From an uncultured Chloroflexia bacterium (lineage in GTDB: Bacteria; Chloroflexota; Limnocylindria; QHBO01), in the NCBI GenBank assembly GCA_963695195.1, contig CAVOGE010000007.1:408494-472493 (forward strand): a stretch of DNA of 64,000 nucleotides, in the 5' to 3' direction. How positions within the stretch are numbered: the stretch's first letter is position 1; every line of letters starts with the position of its first letter. Shown here one piece after another: positions 35,360-44,360 of this stretch. Both the position numbers and the translations under genes were made by a program. The notes beneath the pieces are model-generated. The model did no database searches. It was not told where the DNA came from and saw only the letters and a list, made by a program, of their open reading frames with translations.

Positions 35360-36204
35360 GCGACGCTCGACCAGAGGGCGGCGAGGGCATCGTCGAGGGA
35401 GCGTCGAGGAGTCCAGGCCAGCAGCGTGGCTGCCCGGCGGATGTCTGCGACCTGCCATGGCACCACCTCGGAGCGCGGTGAGCCCGCGGCAACTTCGCGG
35501 ATCGGTCCTGCATAGCCCGCGATCTCAGCCAGGGCCATGACCAGCTCCCGTGCGGTCGCGCCGCGACCGGAGCCGATGTTCACCACCTGCCCGTCGGCCC
35601 CCGGCTTGAAGCACGCCGCGACCACCGCCTCGGCCACGTCGCGGGCATCCACGAAGTCGCGCGTCGCATCGAGTGCGCCGAGTTCCACCTGCCCTCCCGC
35701 GTCGAGTGCGCGGCGGATCAGCGCCGCCGCGTTGCCCGGCAGGCTCGCCGAGGCCATCCCGGCGCCCACCGGATTGAAGACGCGCAGCACCGTGGCAGCG
35801 AGCCGACCCGCACGTGCCGCCGCCAGGACCGCTTCGGTCGCCGCCAGCTTCGTTGTGCCGTAGTCGCTCACCGGGTGCGCCGGATGCTGCTCCGGGATCG
35901 GCGTGCCGGGCACTCCCGCCCCGTACTCCGCAGACGAGCCGATCTGGATCAGCCGTGCGCCGACTCCGCTCATCTCGTCCAGGAGCTGCACAACGAGATG
36001 CAGATTGGCCGCCTCCAGGTCGGGCCGCGTGCCGTGGGTTGCCCCGGCGCAGTTCACCACCGCCGCGGGCGCGGCGCCAAGCAACTGGTCTCGAAGGGGC
36101 GTTGCGCGCCTGAGCACCACCACCTCGTGGCCGGCCGCTGTCAGGCCGCGCTGCACATGGGTGCCCAGGAAGCCACCGGCACCGAGCAGGGCGACCGGCG
36201 GCAT
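35356..36204 (-). CDS. NAD-dependent epimerase/dehydratase (SDR family NDP-sugar modifying enzyme)
   Basis: VALLGAGGFLGTHV Rossmann motif. YGTTK catalytic Y-x3-K. Start at the Met giving MPPVALLGAGG, with ATGA coupling to the upstream gene. Confidence 0.8.
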   Translation of the reverse strand: MPPVALLGAGGFLGTHVQRGLTAAGHEVVVLRRATPLRDQLLGAAPAAVVNCAGATHGTRPDLEAANLHLVVQLLDEMSGVGARLIQIGSSAEYGAGVPGTPIPEQHPAHPVSDYGTTKLAATEAVLAAARAGRLAATVLRVFNPVGAGMASASLPGNAAALIRRALDAGGQVELGALDATRDFVDARDVAEAVVAACFKPGADGQVVNIGSGRGATARELVMALAEIAGYAGPIREVAAGSPRSEVVPWQVADIRRAATLLAWTPRRSLDDALAALWSSVA

Positions 36205-36205
36205 C

Positions 36206-36943
36206 TCAGCCGGTCGGCAGCAGGAGCGAGGCGACCGCGTCGATCTCGTCGTTGGCGCGCTCATAGTCCTCGGGACGGCCGATATCGAGCCAGTACCCGT
36301 CGAATCGGTAGCTGCGCGGCCGCCTTCCCTGTCGCAGCAGGTCGAGCACCAGCTCGTCGAATCCGAACGGCTCGCCGCGAGGGTATCCAGCCAGGGTGTC
36401 GTGCGAGATGCCATACGCGCCCATGCTGACCGCGTAGTCGAGGGTCGGCTTCTCCCGGAACCCGCTCACCTCGCTCCCCTCCAGCTCGAGTACGCCGAAG
36501 TCGACCTCCACTCGCCGATGGAACGTGGCGATCGTCAGGGGTGCGCCCGAGTCGGCGTGATCGGCGAGCACGGCGGCGAAGTCGAGGTCGGTGAGGATGT
36601 CTCCGTTCAACACCAGGAAGTGCTGCGGCAGTTGGTCGAGGATCTGGATCACCGGCCCGATCGTCGAGAGCGGCTTCGCTTCCGCCGCGTAGTCGACCTC
36701 GAGCCCCCACCTCGACCCATCACCGACGAACTCCCGAATCTGCGCGCCCAGGTGGCCGATGGCGATCGTCACCCGAACGAAGCCACGCCGTGCCAGCTGC
36801 CGCAGGAGGATGCCGAGCACCGGCCCTTCGCTACCGATCGGGACAAGCGGCTTTGGCAGCGACGAGGTCAGGGGTCGCAATCGGGTACCCATGCCGCCCG
36901 CCAGCACCACCGCATGGGGCCGGGCGGTGGTCGAAATCGTCAT
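36206..36943 (-). CDS. sugar-phosphate nucleotidyltransferase (NTP_transferase family)
   Basis: HAVVLAGGMGTRLRPLTSSLPKPLVPI is the canonical G-x-G-T-R-L nucleotidyltransferase signature. Confidence 0.8.
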   Translation of the reverse strand: MTISTTARPHAVVLAGGMGTRLRPLTSSLPKPLVPIGSEGPVLGILLRQLARRGFVRVTIAIGHLGAQIREFVGDGSRWGLEVDYAAEAKPLSTIGPVIQILDQLPQHFLVLNGDILTDLDFAAVLADHADSGAPLTIATFHRRVEVDFGVLELEGSEVSGFREKPTLDYAVSMGAYGISHDTLAGYPRGEPFGFDELVLDLLRQGRRPRSYRFDGYWLDIGRPEDYERANDEIDAVASLLLPTG

Positions 36944-36947
36944 CGGC

Positions 36948-37943
36948 TCAGACGTTGTAGGCATCCGGCCGATAGCGGGCCAGGTTCGACGGGTCGGAGA
37001 ACCAGGCGATAGTGACGGCGAGTCCCTCTTCGAGCGTGCGGCGGGGTGTCCAGCCGGTGGCCGATTGCATCGCGCTGAAATCGCAGACAAGGCGCATCAC
37101 CTCGGAGTCGACAGGGCGCATCCGTTCCTCCGCCGCGGCGACCCGCAGCGGGCGCCCCATCTGCGCGGCCACGGCTGCCGCGAGGTCACCGATCGAGATC
37201 TCGCGCCCGGTCCCCGAGTTGAGCACCTGCCCGGCAACTCGCTCGAGCGGGGCGTTCCCGACCGCCACGAATGCCTGGGCGGTATCGGTGACGTAGGTGA
37301 AATCGCGCGTCGGCGCCACCGCCCCGAGCTGCACCTCAGCCTGCCCCGCGGCGAGCTGCGAGATGATCGTCGGGATCACCGCGCGCGCCGATTGGCGCGG
37401 ACCAAAGGTGTTGAACGGTCGCAGGGTGACCACCGGTAGGGCGAAGCTGAGAACGTAGCTCTCGGCGAGCTTGTCGGCCGCGATCTTGGAGGCTGCGTAT
37501 GGCGACTGTGCCTGCAGCGGGTGATTCTCGTCGATCGGCACGCTGCGAGCCGTCCCGTACACCTCGGAGGTCGACGTGTGCACCACGCGTGGCGTGCCAT
37601 GGCGACGCGCTGCCTCGAGGACGTTCAGCGTCCCGCCGGCATTCGTCTCCAGGTACGAGCGTGGAGCGCGATACGAATACGGGATCGCGATCAGCGCGGC
37701 CAGGTGATAGACGACCTCGACGTCGGCGACGAACTCGTCGACCGAGTTCGGGTCTCGCACATCGCCCAGGACCACATCCACCGATCTCATCGCCTCGGGC
37801 GACAGGCTCTCGAGCCAGCCCCACGAGGCGAACGAGTTGTACTGCACCATGGCCCGCACGCGATCGCCGCGAGCGACGAGCGCCTCAACCAGGTGCGACC
37901 CGATGAAGCCTTCAGCGCCAGTGACGGCGACGAGCGTGGGCAG
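36948..37943 (-). CDS. NAD-dependent epimerase/dehydratase family protein (UDP-sugar 4-epimerase/dehydratase-like), probable non-canonical CTG start
   Basis: YAASK catalytic motif. The Rossmann motif VTGAEGFIGSHLVEALV is in frame but lies upstream of the first ATG/GTG/TTG (37859). A CTG at 37943 with GGAG 8 nt upstream would restore a full-length protein. Confidence 0.7.
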   Translation of the reverse strand: MPTLVAVTGAEGFIGSHLVEALVARGDRVRAMVQYNSFASWGWLESLSPEAMRSVDVVLGDVRDPNSVDEFVADVEVVYHLAALIAIPYSYRAPRSYLETNAGGTLNVLEAARRHGTPRVVHTSTSEVYGTARSVPIDENHPLQAQSPYAASKIAADKLAESYVLSFALPVVTLRPFNTFGPRQSARAVIPTIISQLAAGQAEVQLGAVAPTRDFTYVTDTAQAFVAVGNAPLERVAGQVLNSGTGREISIGDLAAAVAAQMGRPLRVAAAEERMRPVDSEVMRLVCDFSAMQSATGWTPRRTLEEGLAVTIAWFSDPSNLARYRPDAYNV

Positions 37944-38019
37944 GGTGGTACTCCGTGATGCTCAGGTTCGGAGGAGGTCCACCTAGTATGCCATCGGCCG
38001 TGCCGCGGGCCCCGGTCGC

Positions 38020-39384
38020 CTAGAAGGCCTCCAGGTAGCGGTCGACCTCCCAGCGGGTCACCTGCATCCGGTACTCGTCCCACTCCTCGGTCTTGGCCTC
38101 CACGAAGCGCTCGAAGACGTGCTCGCCCAGGGCGTCGGCGATGACCGCGTCGTTCTTCAACTCGTCGAGAGCCTCGCGCAGGGTGCCGGGCAGCTGCCGG
38201 ATCTTGCGACTCTCCAGCTTGGCGGCATCGAAGTGGTAGAGGTTCTCCTCGACCGGATCGGGCGGCGTCAGCTTGCGCGCGACGCCATCGAGCCCCGCCG
38301 CGAGCATGCAGGCGAACGCCAGGTAGGGATTTGCGGCGGGGTCGGGGCAGCGCAGCTCGATGCGGGTGCTGTTGAGGTGACCCTTGCTGATCTGCGGGAT
38401 GCGGATCAGGGCGGAGCGGTTGATGCGCGCCCAACCGATGTAGACCGGCGCCTCATACCCGGGGACGAGCCGCTTGTAGCTGTTCACCAGCGGAGCGAGA
38501 ACGGAGATCATGCCGCGCGCGTGCTCCAGCGTCCCGGCGATGTAGCTGCGCGCCAGCGACGACAGCCCGTACGGATCGGTCGCGTCGGCGAACGCGTTCC
38601 TGGCCTTCTTCACGTCCCACAGGCTCTGGTGGGTGTGCATCCCCGAGCCATTGATCCCGAAGAACGGCTTCGGCATGAACGTGGCGTAGAGGCCGTTTCG
38701 CGCGGCGACGGCCTTCAGCGTGGTCTTGAAGGTGACCGCGTTGTCGGCGGTGCGAAGCGCATCGGCGTACTCGAAGTCGATCTCGTGCTGGCCGGTTGCG
38801 ACTTCGTGATGCGCCGTCTCGACCTTGATCCCGAAGGCCTCCAGGTCGTTCATCATCTCTTTGCGGACATCGGTCCCCAGGTCGCTCGAGAGATCAAAGT
38901 AGCCGGCGGCGTCGTGGGGCAGCGCCTCGACCGATCCGTTGCCGCGCTTCAGGAGGAAGAACTCCAGTTCCGGCCCGGTGTTGAGGACGTAACCCAGCTT
39001 CCGGGCTTTCTCGATCTGGCGACGCAGGACCCAGCGCGGGTCGCCGGGGAATGGATCACCGTTCGGGGTGAAGACGTCGCAGATGACCCGAGCGGCTCCC
39101 GTCGCGATCGACTTGCCGGCGGCGTCGAAGCCAGGCTCCCACGGCACCTCGGCGAATGTCGCAAGGTCCGGGACCAGGAACATGTCCGATTCTGCGATCC
39201 GGGCGAACCCCTCGACGCTGCTGCCGTCGAACCACTTCCCGTGCTCGGCCGCTTCTTCCAGTTGGTGCATCGGTACCTGCACCGATTTCACCTGGCCGAC
39301 GATGTCGGTGAACTGCAGGTTGATGAAGCGCAGGTTGCGCTCCTCGGCAAGCTTCAGTGCGGCGGCGAGCTCCTTGGTGGCCAT
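38020..39384 (-). CDS. glnA: glutamine synthetase (type I-like, GlnA family)
   Basis: 454 aa. GPELEFF, NGSGMHTHQSLW and the SYKRLVPGYEAPVYIGWARINRSALIRIP signatures. Confidence 0.9.
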   Translation of the reverse strand: MATKELAAALKLAEERNLRFINLQFTDIVGQVKSVQVPMHQLEEAAEHGKWFDGSSVEGFARIAESDMFLVPDLATFAEVPWEPGFDAAGKSIATGAARVICDVFTPNGDPFPGDPRWVLRRQIEKARKLGYVLNTGPELEFFLLKRGNGSVEALPHDAAGYFDLSSDLGTDVRKEMMNDLEAFGIKVETAHHEVATGQHEIDFEYADALRTADNAVTFKTTLKAVAARNGLYATFMPKPFFGINGSGMHTHQSLWDVKKARNAFADATDPYGLSSLARSYIAGTLEHARGMISVLAPLVNSYKRLVPGYEAPVYIGWARINRSALIRIPQISKGHLNSTRIELRCPDPAANPYLAFACMLAAGLDGVARKLTPPDPVEENLYHFDAAKLESRKIRQLPGTLREALDELKNDAVIADALGEHVFERFVEAKTEEWDEYRMQVTRWEVDRYLEAF

Positions 39385-39501
39385 GGGGACTCCTTACCGA
39401 TGATGGACCTGGGCGGTACGGAGCAGGCTATCGGCCGCCCGGGCTGAGCGCATCCCCCAGGCGGCGGCCCGTCTACGCGACTTGTTGTGCAGTCTGCACA
39501 A

Positions 39502-40536
39502 CTACCTCAGCGGGACTGCGGAGCGCTCCGCATCCGCCAGGATGCGGAGGGCGTCAGCGGGGCGCCGCGGGTCGATCCCCCGTTCTGCTCGAACGGCTCG
39601 GAGACGGTAGAGGACCGTATTGCGGTGAACGCCGAGGGCGCGGGCGGCTGGCGCGATGCGGCCGTTCGCGCGGGCCACCGCCAGCAGGGTCTCGCCAAAT
39701 CGTTCTGCCGGAGCGGCCGAATCGAGTCCGCCCGGTGCCGACGGTCGGTCGGGGACACGAGACCCCGCCCCAGGTGCGGCCCGACGAAGAAGCGCGCGCA
39801 AGGTGATTCCGAGGGCATCCAGCGCGACCTCGTCGACCGCGGCGAACGGGAGGTCGTCGAAGAGCCAGACCGCCGCACCCGACTGAACGCGACGCTCCAT
39901 CAACCAGAGGCCATCCCGGCTGCGGCGGGTGCTCGCGCTGCGAGTCGATGTGCCGCCGAGCAGTCTCGCCTGTGTCGCGGCGAATCGCGCGGCCAGGGCG
40001 CGCCCGGCCGGTCGCGGATGAAGGCTGCGCAGCTCGCCATCCGCGACGATGGCCACGCCGCGACGGATGCGCGCCGCCACCAGGCCGGCGACCGCCGCCG
40101 GATTGGGGTCGGCCAGCGCGACCTCGGCCGATGCCAGGCGCAATGCTGCGCCGAACTGAGCCAGGTGCGTCTGCTCGTCGCCGAGATATGCGACGAGCCC
40201 CTCGGACAGGTACGAGGCCGTCCTGGCGCTGGCGAGGATCGGCAGCCGATCACCGACAGGCTCGGGCCGCGGCGCGGCGTGTCCGCCGGCGAGGAAGAGT
40301 GCCACGGGCGCCAGGCCCGCCGCGTGCAGGGTCCCGAGGAACTCGTCGAGCGGTCGGCCGGCGAGCAGCACGGCGTCGACCACCAGGAGCTCACCGTCGA
40401 CTCGCGGCGGGAGGTGCGGCGCCATCGCTCGGGTTCGTAGAATGCCGCGCACCGGTTGAGCCACCGCCCCCACGGACCCCGAGACGAGCCGCGCCTCGGG
40501 GTCGACCGCACGCCAGAGGTCGATGACGCTGGTCAT
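39502..40536 (-). CDS. PucR/CdaR-family transcriptional regulator (C-terminal HTH)
   Basis: C-terminal ETLLAVARANGRIAPAARALGVHRNTVLYRLRAVRAERGIDP is the PucR C-terminal HTH. Sits beside glnA, as is common in actinobacteria. Confidence 0.7.
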   Translation of the reverse strand: MTSVIDLWRAVDPEARLVSGSVGAVAQPVRGILRTRAMAPHLPPRVDGELLVVDAVLLAGRPLDEFLGTLHAAGLAPVALFLAGGHAAPRPEPVGDRLPILASARTASYLSEGLVAYLGDEQTHLAQFGAALRLASAEVALADPNPAAVAGLVAARIRRGVAIVADGELRSLHPRPAGRALAARFAATQARLLGGTSTRSASTRRSRDGLWLMERRVQSGAAVWLFDDLPFAAVDEVALDALGITLRALLRRAAPGAGSRVPDRPSAPGGLDSAAPAERFGETLLAVARANGRIAPAARALGVHRNTVLYRLRAVRAERGIDPRRPADALRILADAERSAVPLR

Positions 40537-40549
40537 TGGCAGGGCGAGC

Positions 40550-41734
40550 TCAGCGGGCGGCCCCGGCGGCAGCCGCGGCCAGATCGGCGATCAGATCGTC
40601 GGGATCCTCCAGGCCGATCGAGACCCGGACCATCCCGGGGCTCAGCCCGGCGTCGGCGAGCTGCGCGTCATCGAGTTGGCGGTGCGAGGACGAGGCGGGA
40701 TGGCTGCACAGGGTCTCTGCCGAGCCCAGGCTGGTGGCGTGAACCGCCACCGAGAGCAGGTCGAGGAAGCGCTCGCCGGCCGCTCGTCCACCGATCACTT
40801 CCAGGGCCAGCATGCCGCCGGCCATCCCGTCGCGGAGCTCGCGCGTGGCGAGTTCGTGCTGCGGGTGTGATGTAAGGCCGGGGTAGCGGATGCGCTCCAC
40901 GCCGGGCGCCCCTTCGAGGGACTCGGCGACCGCGAGCGCATTGGCGCTGTGGCGGTCCATCCGGAGGGCCAGTGTCTTGAGGCCACGGAGCGCGAGGAAT
41001 GCCTCGAACGGAGCGGCATTCCCCCCGACGTTGATGACGATCTCGCGGGCGGCGGCGACCCTGTCGGCACTGCCCAGGATGGCACCGCCGGTCAGGTCCG
41101 AGTGCCCCCCGATGTACTTCGTGGTCGAGTGCACCACCACGTCGGCGCCGAGCCCCAGCGGGTTGCACAGGTACGGGGATGCGAAGGTGTTGTCCACGGC
41201 GAGGGGAATGTCACGGGCGTGAGCCAGGGTCGCCAGTGCGGCGATATCCGCCATGGCAGTGGTCGGATTGCTGATCGTCTCCGCCCAGACGAGCCCGGTG
41301 CGATCGCTGATCGCCGCAGTGACGGCGTCGAGATCGGTCATGTCCACCGCCCGGACGCTGATACCGGAGCGCGCGAGTACCGTCCGAGCCAGCCCGACCA
41401 TGCCGCCATAGACAGCGCCGGGGATCAGCAGCTCGTCACCGGTTTGCAGGATCGAGAGCACGGCGCCGTGGATCGCGGCCATCCCCGACGCCGTCACGTG
41501 TGCGGCCTCAGCCCCCTCAAGCTCGGTCAGTGTCTCCTCGAGCGCAGCGTGGGTGGGGTTGGAGTAGCGAGTGTACGAATGGCCCGGCCGCGAGAACTCG
41601 AGCAGCTCGGCCAGCTCGAGGGCTGAAGCAACCTCGAAGGTGCTGGTCTGGTAGATCGGGACGTTCACCGGTGCCTGAGGTACCGCAGGCATGCGGCTGG
41701 CAGCGCGAATCGCGCGAGTGGCGAAGCCGGGCAT
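40550..41734 (-). CDS. Cys/Met-metabolism PLP-dependent enzyme (cystathionine gamma-synthase/gamma-lyase family)
   Basis: VNVPIYQTSTF plus VVHSTTKYIGGHSDLTGGA (PLP-lysine region). Confidence 0.85.
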   Translation of the reverse strand: MPGFATRAIRAASRMPAVPQAPVNVPIYQTSTFEVASALELAELLEFSRPGHSYTRYSNPTHAALEETLTELEGAEAAHVTASGMAAIHGAVLSILQTGDELLIPGAVYGGMVGLARTVLARSGISVRAVDMTDLDAVTAAISDRTGLVWAETISNPTTAMADIAALATLAHARDIPLAVDNTFASPYLCNPLGLGADVVVHSTTKYIGGHSDLTGGAILGSADRVAAAREIVINVGGNAAPFEAFLALRGLKTLALRMDRHSANALAVAESLEGAPGVERIRYPGLTSHPQHELATRELRDGMAGGMLALEVIGGRAAGERFLDLLSVAVHATSLGSAETLCSHPASSSHRQLDDAQLADAGLSPGMVRVSIGLEDPDDLIADLAAAAAGAAR

Positions 41735-41780
41735 GATCGGCCGAGTCTAGCAGGGCACCCCGTGGGTCACGCCTGTACGA

Positions 41781-43154
41781 CTAGGGCTGCACCTCCGGCG
41801 GGACCGTCGGCTCGGCGAGCAACGACTCGCCAACGGCGCGGATGGCCTCGAAGTCCGGGATGAGGATGTAGCCCGCGGACGAGAATGGATCTGCCCGCAT
41901 GTACTCGGGCGGCTGCAGGACGATCCGCTCCAGCCGCGACATGTCCGCCTCCTGGACCGCCTGCGCCAGTAGAGCGAAGCGGTTGCCCGGCACATCGGTG
42001 GCGATCGTGTTCTTTACCGCGTCGAGCAGCGCCGGAAGGGTCAGCAGCAGATTGCCCGCTGTCAGCTGCTCCCGAAGGGCGGTCAACAACTGCTGCTGGC
42101 GATCGGCCCGCGTGAAATCGCTGTCGCCGACGCCCTTGCGTGAACGGACGAAGGCGAGCGCCGTGCGGCCGTCCATGTGATACGTCCCGGGCTGGAGGTA
42201 GAACCCGACGCGTTTCCCGTACTCGTCGTTGTAGGTCGGGTCATTGATCGCGCGGGTGACGGTGATGTCCACGCCCCCGATGGCATCCACTGCATCCTTG
42301 AAGCCGAGCAGGTTGATCGCCGCGAAGTAGTGGATCGGCACGCCGAGCAACCTCCCGATGGTCGCCTTGAGCGTCCCGACGCCACCCAGCGGGAACTCGT
42401 CTGGCCGTGCGTCGGCATAGGCCATCAGCGAGTTCAGCTTCCGGTTGTAGGGCTGCCCGCTCGGAAGCAGCACCCCGTACAGGTCGCGGGGGATGGAGAC
42501 CATGGCGGACCGCGTCCCGTTGGTGTCGAGACTGACCACAAGCATGGTGTCAGTTAAGGCGGTTGTCCGCCCGGGCGCGCTGTCCACACCCACCAGGAGC
42601 ACATTGACGCGCTCGCCCGCGTCCACGTCCGGCTGCCCCGACGGCTCGGGCAGCCCCGAGAAGATCGGCAACGCGTGATCGAGGTCACCGCCCGATCCGC
42701 CGAGGGCGACGGCGTCGAGGGTGTCGATCGCCTTCACCGCATACCACGCCGGAACGAGGTGCATGCCGAGCGTGGCTGCCACGAGCAGGCCGGTCATCCA
42801 GGTCGTCCAGTGCCGCCGGGCGGCTCCCGCGTGATGGCCATGCGCCTGCATCACTGCCACGAGGCGCCACCCGAGCAGGGCAAGATCGAGCACGATCAGG
42901 CCGACCAGGAAGCGAATGTCAAAGAGCCGCGCGAGCAGTCCGGACCCCACGACCGCCAACGCGCCAACCACCGCGGCGACCAGCAGGAATGCCGGCGCGG
43001 CCAGAATCCAGGCGAGTCCGGACTCGCCGTTGTACGCCTGGCCGAGCCCCGGGAAGAGAAAGGACAGGAACGCCGCCAGCGAGGCGCGCGGGTTCGCATC
43101 CGGCGACCGCGGATCGAGACCAGTCGTGATTGTCGGTGTCACAGGGAGCGCCAT
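41781..43154 (-). CDS. LCP (LytR-CpsA-Psr) family cell-wall glycopolymer ligase
   Basis: N-terminal TM region, then the LCP core (VNVLLVGVDS...RTDTMLVVSLD...SIPRDLYV...VRSRK...DFTRADRQQQLL). Confidence 0.85.
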   Translation of the reverse strand: MALPVTPTITTGLDPRSPDANPRASLAAFLSFLFPGLGQAYNGESGLAWILAAPAFLLVAAVVGALAVVGSGLLARLFDIRFLVGLIVLDLALLGWRLVAVMQAHGHHAGAARRHWTTWMTGLLVAATLGMHLVPAWYAVKAIDTLDAVALGGSGGDLDHALPIFSGLPEPSGQPDVDAGERVNVLLVGVDSAPGRTTALTDTMLVVSLDTNGTRSAMVSIPRDLYGVLLPSGQPYNRKLNSLMAYADARPDEFPLGGVGTLKATIGRLLGVPIHYFAAINLLGFKDAVDAIGGVDITVTRAINDPTYNDEYGKRVGFYLQPGTYHMDGRTALAFVRSRKGVGDSDFTRADRQQQLLTALREQLTAGNLLLTLPALLDAVKNTIATDVPGNRFALLAQAVQEADMSRLERIVLQPPEYMRADPFSSAGYILIPDFEAIRAVGESLLAEPTVPPEVQP

Positions 43155-43198
43155 GGTGCCACAAGGTCGATGCGCGCAAAGGCGCTAGCATCGGACGC

Positions 43199-44347
43199 AT
43201 GCAACGCCTGCGCTCTCTCGGCCGTGGCCCGATCATCGGAGCAGGCGCGATCCTCGTGGCCGTGATCGCGGGAGCAATCGCGCTCGCGGTGGTCGCGCGA
43301 GGCCCGGGGCCGACGCCGACGCCGAGCCCGAGCTCGTCTCCGCTCCCGACCGCAAGTCCCACCCCGAGTCCGACGCCGGACCCGACTCCAGAGCCCACAG
43401 AGGCACCGCCCGCGGCCCTCTGCCCGCTGAGCGGACTCGGCGTTGCCGACCCGCTCCTGATCGAACGGGTAACGCTCGCCGTATCGATCGACAACCATCC
43501 GGGGGCGCGGCCCGGGCGCAACCTGACCCTTGCCGACCTGATCGTCGAGGCACCCGTTGAGGGCGACTCGACGAGATTCACGGCCCTGTACCTCTGCCAG
43601 CCGACTGCGGGGCTGACCGGGCCGGTCCGAAGCGGGCGCTATTACCACATCGACCTGTGGCAGGACCTGCATGTCCTGCCGGTCTTCTTCGGCGCCAGCT
43701 GGGAGACACTCGCGCGACTGGATGGAACCGGGCTGCCGTACGTCAACGGGATCACCGGGGCGTGGCCGTGGTTCAGTCGCGCCGGTACCCACGTCGCGCC
43801 GCACAACCTGTACCTGGACCTGGAGGCGATCCGCAGCGCGGTGGGATCGAACGTGCGGCTCGGCGTCCTCGCCGCACGCGCGGGGACGCTTCGCCCGCCG
43901 TTCACCTTTGACCCGGCCGTAGTGCTGCCCGTCGGCCGCCCCGTCTCCGACCTCGAGATCCGCACCAGCTCGTACTGGCGTTTCGGATGGAGCTGGGATG
44001 CCGCGCTGGACGCGTGGCGGCGCAGTGACGGGGGGAGGCCGATCGTCGACGAGATCAGCCTCGAGCCGGTGACGGCGGCGCACGTGCTCGTACAACGCGT
44101 CGTGCAGGAGATCGTCTACGACGATCCCGATCCGGGTGGCAATCCCCGGCGCTACCAGCACCTGGTCGGCAGCGGAACGGGCACGCTGTACAGCGGAGGG
44201 CGGGCGATCGACCTGCTCTGGTCACGGCCCGCAGCGGCCGACGGGACCCGCTGGACCTACGAAGAGAGCGGCGACCCTGTGGTGCTCCCCCCGGGCGTTA
44301 TCTGGTGGGAGATCGTGCCGACCGGTGCGGGATTGACTGAGTCCTGA
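43199..44347 (+). CDS. DUF3048 (YerB-like) domain lipoprotein
   Basis: Pro/Thr/Ser-rich linker, then VSIDNHPGARPGRNLTLADLIVEAPVEGDSTRFTALYL, the conserved DUF3048 core. Confidence 0.7.
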   Translation: MQRLRSLGRGPIIGAGAILVAVIAGAIALAVVARGPGPTPTPSPSSSPLPTASPTPSPTPDPTPEPTEAPPAALCPLSGLGVADPLLIERVTLAVSIDNHPGARPGRNLTLADLIVEAPVEGDSTRFTALYLCQPTAGLTGPVRSGRYYHIDLWQDLHVLPVFFGASWETLARLDGTGLPYVNGITGAWPWFSRAGTHVAPHNLYLDLEAIRSAVGSNVRLGVLAARAGTLRPPFTFDPAVVLPVGRPVSDLEIRTSSYWRFGWSWDAALDAWRRSDGGRPIVDEISLEPVTAAHVLVQRVVQEIVYDDPDPGGNPRRYQHLVGSGTGTLYSGGRAIDLLWSRPAAADGTRWTYEESGDPVVLPPGVIWWEIVPTGAGLTES

Positions 44348-44360
44348 TCCCGAGCCAGAA

